Made by a program: the position numbers and the translations under genes. A model generated the notes under the pieces. It was given only the letters and a program-made list of their open reading frames with translations. It was not told the DNA's origin and searched no databases. A DNA stretch of 40,219 nt from an uncultured archaeon (GTDB lineage Archaea; Altiarchaeota; Altiarchaeia; IMC4; QMZM01): NCBI GenBank assembly GCA_964549685.1, contig CAZJVE010000010.1, forward strand, positions 1-40,219, given 5' to 3'. Positions 36,823 through 40,219 of this stretch are shown piece after piece. How positions within the stretch are numbered: the first letter of the stretch is position 1; every line of letters begins with the position of its first letter.

Positions 36823-38165
36823 AACTTTCTCTTTCTTGACTCTTTAATCCTGTCCAGCTTCCTGAAGGCGTTCTCTGCCGCGATGGCTATGGCGTTATGC
36901 TCAGGGGTTAGCGGAGGGGTGTAGCTGTATTTCAGCTTGGTAAGGTCGTTAATCTCGGCATGCATGCAGATTGCAAATGCCAGAAGGTCTATCTTTTCTG
37001 CAACCCCTGCATAGCCGGCTATCTGTCCCCCTATGATTTTATGGTTCGATGCGTCGAAGATGAGCTTCACATGGATGTCCTTCGCTCCGGGGAAATATTC
37101 CGCCTTTGTCTTAGCCGCTGCATGCCCGGTTACTGTCCCAATATCCATCTCTTTTGCATGGCACTCTGTCAATCCAGTCCTTCCGATTTCGAGGTCGAAT
37201 ACCCTTAATGACATGGAATTCAGCACCCCCTCTATGGTTGCAAAACCTCCAACGGCGTTGGTTCCTGCCGCCGTTCCCTGCCTTATTGCCGATGTGCCAA
37301 GCTGGCTGAGGGTGTGCTCCCCTGTCACGAGGCAGTGGGTGAATGCACAGTCTCCCGCAGCATATATTCCATTGATGCTGGTTTCCATCCATTCATCTGT
37401 CTTTATTCCGTTGCAGGTTTCTATCCCTGCCTTCTCCGCTAGCTCTGTGTTTGGCTTCACCCCTACGCCGAATACAACAAGGTCAGCGGGAATTTTTTTC
37501 CCCCCAGCCAGGACCGCCTCGACGGAATCCCTGCCGAGAATCTTCTCCGCCTTCTTTCCGAGAACAAGATTAATCCCCTTCTCCCTCAGTTTGTCCTCGA
37601 CCATGGCCGAGAAGTCGGGGTCAAAGGGCATTGCAAGTATGTTGGGCAATAACTCGACGAGAGTAACCTCAAGCCGTCTGTTTCTGAGGGATGCTGCGGC
37701 CTCAACCCCAACAGCGCCGCCGCCGATGACTACTGCACTCTTTGACTTCTTTGCTTTCTCGAGAATTCTCTTCGCGTCCTCTATTTTTTGCAGAGAATAT
37801 ACTCCATCAAGGTCCGCCCCGGGCATTGGAGGTATGCAAGGAATTGCTCCGGTCGCGAGAACCAGTGACGTGTAGCCGAATTCCTTCCCTTTCTTTGTCT
37901 TAACCAGCTTCTTTTTGGTGTCTACGGATACGGCTTCGTCGATGACGCAGCTTATGTCACTCTGCTTGCAGATTTCCTCAAGGCTGTGGGAGATTTTATC
38001 GAAGGAGTCTATCTCCCCGGAAATGACGAATGGGAGAGAGCAGGGCGAGTAGGAGAGCGTCTCATTGGATATTATCGTTATGTTCGCATCTCCGTTGTGG
38101 CTCTTTGCCTTCAGGGCCGCGGTGAGTCCAGCTCCTCCTCCGCCGATGATAACAAGGTCGGACAT
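36819..38165 (-). CDS. NADH oxidase / CoA-disulfide reductase family flavoprotein
   Basis: GGGGAG, redox Cys in SYSPCSLP, LATG, second dinucleotide motif GGGAVG.E, YAAGDC, C-terminal YTPP. Confidence 0.9.
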   Translation of the reverse strand: MSDLVIIGGGGAGLTAALKAKSHNGDANITIISNETLSYSPCSLPFVISGEIDSFDKISHSLEEICKQSDISCVIDEAVSVDTKKKLVKTKKGKEFGYTSLVLATGAIPCIPPMPGADLDGVYSLQKIEDAKRILEKAKKSKSAVVIGGGAVGVEAAASLRNRRLEVTLVELLPNILAMPFDPDFSAMVEDKLREKGINLVLGKKAEKILGRDSVEAVLAGGKKIPADLVVFGVGVKPNTELAEKAGIETCNGIKTDEWMETSINGIYAAGDCAFTHCLVTGEHTLSQLGTSAIRQGTAAGTNAVGGFATIEGVLNSMSLRVFDLEIGRTGLTECHAKEMDIGTVTGHAAAKTKAEYFPGAKDIHVKLIFDASNHKIIGGQIAGYAGVAEKIDLLAFAICMHAEINDLTKLKYSYTPPLTPEHNAIAIAAENAFRKLDRIKESRKRKF

Positions 38166-38198
38166 ATAGTATAATATGTGCGCTGGGGAATAAAACCA

Positions 38199-39788
38199 TT
38201 AGAGCTGTTGTTGTTCTTGCTGTTTTTTCCTTCTCCTATAGATAAGCAGCAGAGTCAGCAATATCAGCAGTAGGAGTAGTATGCATAACCTGAAGAGGTC
38301 CCCAGTGTTTATCCTATTGCCGAATATAACCATACCTACTGGTGCGGCTATGGTCGGGGTTGTTGAGGTTATTGTGGTTGTGGTTTCCCCTATTATGATG
38401 GTCGCTGGTACTGTTGAGGTTGTCAGAGTTGTCTTGGGCTTTGGACAGGGTTTTTTGCAGGGTCCACCGCAGTCTACTCCTTCTTCGCCCTGGTTCTGTA
38501 TTCCGTCCTTACATGAATGGCAATCTTTGCAGGGTCCATCGCAGTCTACTCCGCCCTCGCAGCTGCCATCGTGGCAATTCTTGATGCCGTCATAGCAGGA
38601 TTCTCTGAGGTAGTTGAAGCCTCCGCCCCCTCCACCGCCACCTCCTCCACCGCCACCTCCGCCCCCAGAGACGGTTGTGGTGGTTGAAACGCTGGTGGTT
38701 GTCACTGCTACGGATGATAATGCACTTACAAATCCGTTCTTAATTACAATAACCGTTATTGTTCCTGCCTGTGTCGGAGTTACCTCGAGGACTGTTGTTC
38801 CGTTGGCGTCTGTTAATGCCGAGGTGTTGGTTATCCCTGCCCCAGTGGCTGAGACATTGGCTCCCGAGATGTTCTCTCCCGAGGATAGGTTTGTTACGGT
38901 TACCGTCAGATTGTATGTGATTCCTGCAGACATGTTGGTCGGTGAGAGAGTGATATTCATTTCCTGCCCTGCAGGTATGGTCGTGGTGGTTGAGGTTGAG
39001 TTTGTTGACTCGCAGACGTCAATAAAGGACGCCCAGCCGTAGTTTGGACCCACATCAGGAACACAGGTGGTTCCGTTGATGCAGTCCAGGTCTGAATCGC
39101 AGTCTCCTTCTCCCGGATTGCAGGTGCAGTTCTCGTTGCAGTAGTCCTCGTCTCCTAGCTGGACTGTGTGGCAGGTTGATATGGTGGTGGTTGTTGAAAT
39201 GGAGGTTGTAGTTGTTGACTCGCAGACGTCAATAAAGGAGGCCCAGCCGTAGTTTGGACCCACATCAGGAACACAGGTGGTTCCGTTGATGCAGTCCAGG
39301 TCTGAATCGCAGTCTCCTTCTCCCGGATTGCAGGTGCAGTTCTCGTTGCAGTAGTCCTCGTCTCCTAGCTGGACTGTGTGGCAGACAGCTATGGTTGTTG
39401 ATGTTGTTGTGATGGTGCTGGTGGTTGAGGTTGGGGTTGTGCTAGTGGTTGATGTCAAGGTTGTGGTGGTGCTGGTGGTTGAGGTTGAGGTAGTTGTGCT
39501 GGCATTCATTATTGCACTGGTGTTGAACCATCCGGAATTAAAGGTATAGCTGGACGTTGCGGCCATATCATTGCTCCCCTGCTGACAGGTCATGGTGAAC
39601 CTTGAATCATAGGAGGAGGTTACTCCGTTCTCTCCGGCTGCTCCAATGTGGAAAGCGTCTATTGTATATGAGGGGGTTTCTGCTTCAAAGGAGGATGCAG
39701 AATGTAGCGTAAATAGCATTAAGAATATGGATACCAGTATGAGTACTTGTCCCCCAAAAATGCCTCTCTTCTTTTTCATCTGTGACAC
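38199..39788 (-). CDS. Membrane-anchored mosaic surface glycoprotein (Thr linkers, Cys-rich repeats, Ig-like domain, poly-Gly, C-terminal TM)
   Basis: Signal peptide; two copies of CHTVQLGDEDYC..GEGDCDSD..DVC; CxDGIQNQGEEGVDCGGPC repeats; many NxT/S sequons; TM followed by RRRKK. Confidence 0.85.
   Translation of the reverse strand: MSQMKKKRGIFGGQVLILVSIFLMLFTLHSASSFEAETPSYTIDAFHIGAAGENGVTSSYDSRFTMTCQQGSNDMAATSSYTFNSGWFNTSAIMNASTTTSTSTTSTTTTLTSTTSTTPTSTTSTITTTSTTIAVCHTVQLGDEDYCNENCTCNPGEGDCDSDLDCINGTTCVPDVGPNYGWASFIDVCESTTTTSISTTTTISTCHTVQLGDEDYCNENCTCNPGEGDCDSDLDCINGTTCVPDVGPNYGWASFIDVCESTNSTSTTTTIPAGQEMNITLSPTNMSAGITYNLTVTVTNLSSGENISGANVSATGAGITNTSALTDANGTTVLEVTPTQAGTITVIVIKNGFVSALSSVAVTTTSVSTTTTVSGGGGGGGGGGGGGGGGFNYLRESCYDGIKNCHDGSCEGGVDCDGPCKDCHSCKDGIQNQGEEGVDCGGPCKKPCPKPKTTLTTSTVPATIIIGETTTTITSTTPTIAAPVGMVIFGNRINTGDLFRLCILLLLLILLTLLLIYRRRKKQQEQQQL
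39002..39384. repeat. Intragenic direct repeat, two 173-bp copies with a 210-bp period
   Basis: 39002-39174 versus 39212-39384; the only mismatch I found is synonymous (39030 c / 39240 g). Confidence 0.92.
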
Positions 39789-39815
39789 CCTGGTCTTTTC
39801 ATCATCCCTGCCCTA

Positions 39816-40219
39816 CTAACAACAGCGTACATATGCCGTAACTGCGTTCCCTTGTGCGGAATAGCAGACAAATCCATTACCACTAGGATTGCCATCACAC
39901 ATGTTGGCAGCAGGGCATCTACAACCGCCTCCAGTCATAGTACCACTGGAGCATGTTGCAGTAACTCCTGGTCCCGTGGCATGTGGCCCAGATGTTCCTG
40001 ATTGGCTATAGGTATTGCAGGATAATGTTCCTGGATCTCCTGCCGGTCCTTGTGGGCCTTGTGGTCCTGTGGCTCCTTGTGGTCCCGTTGCTCCAGTGGC
40101 TCCTGTAGCGCCTGTATCGCCTTTTGCTCCTGTAGCTCCCGTATCGCCCTTGTCTCCCTTGTCGCCTTGTGGCCCCTGTGGTCCTGGGACTGAGCCTATG
40201 CAGCCGGTGGAGTCACATA
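39816..40219 (-). CDS. Collagen-like protein, 3' part (runs off window; not in the ORF track)
   Basis: Hand translation ..CIGSVP, then about 17-18 Gly-X-Y triplets (GPQ, GDK, GAT..), then [29 protein letters not shown]. Confidence 0.88.
   Translation of the reverse strand, partial: CDSTGCIGSVPGPQGPQGDKGDKGDTGATGAKGDTGATGATGATGPQGATGPQGPQGPAGDPGTLSCNTYSQSGTSGPHATGPGVTATCSSGTMTGGGCRCPAANMCDGNPSGNGFVCYSAQGNAVTAYVRCC

Noticed and set aside
37033-37875. 280-aa antisense ORF, and similar shadow ORFs such as 1214-1816, 25245-25805 and 30010-30540
   Set aside because: They lie opposite well-supported genes, have Ser/Pro/Phe-rich mirror composition and show no motifs.
38620-38670. C-rich tract giving a poly-Pro ORF on the + strand
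   Set aside because: It is the antisense of the poly-Gly linker of the surface protein.
39002-39384. Repeat as a CRISPR array or DGR template/variable pair
   Set aside because: Only two long in-frame copies with a single C/G synonymous difference; no spacers, no adenine-specific variation and no reverse transcriptase.

Overview
Archaeal chromosomal segment, mostly housekeeping. Archaeal markers include arcTGT, RadB, short-form PurA, type II MetAP, cupin PGI, GGPP synthase and TATA boxes about 25 nt before many ATGs. Gene content and surface-protein style suggest an anaerobe, possibly Altiarchaeota-like, but that is inference only. It carries genes for His/Lys/Ile-Val/Leu/Tyr synthesis, mevalonate and ether-lipid synthesis, purine/MTA salvage and DNA repair, plus one tRNA-Arg(UCG). 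No CRISPR array, rRNA or intact transposase was seen. The most notable items are: (1) two unrelated secreted proteins 7 kb apart ending in the same Thr-linker plus ~45-aa dockerin-like two-helix module; (2) an AT-rich islet with a CARF-like/HTH (DUF6293-type) regulator divergent from a minimal thermonuclease and two tiny membrane proteins, with palindromic operators between them; (3) a stand-alone NrdD glycyl-radical domain heading a Zn-ribbon/NifU/DUF166 cluster; (4) an aIF5A homologue lacking the hypusine lysine; (5) a collagen fibre gene next to a membrane-anchored Cys-repeat surface protein; (6) TyrA fused to a PheRS-type anticodon-binding domain. All family calls come from motif recognition by eye; no searches were run.
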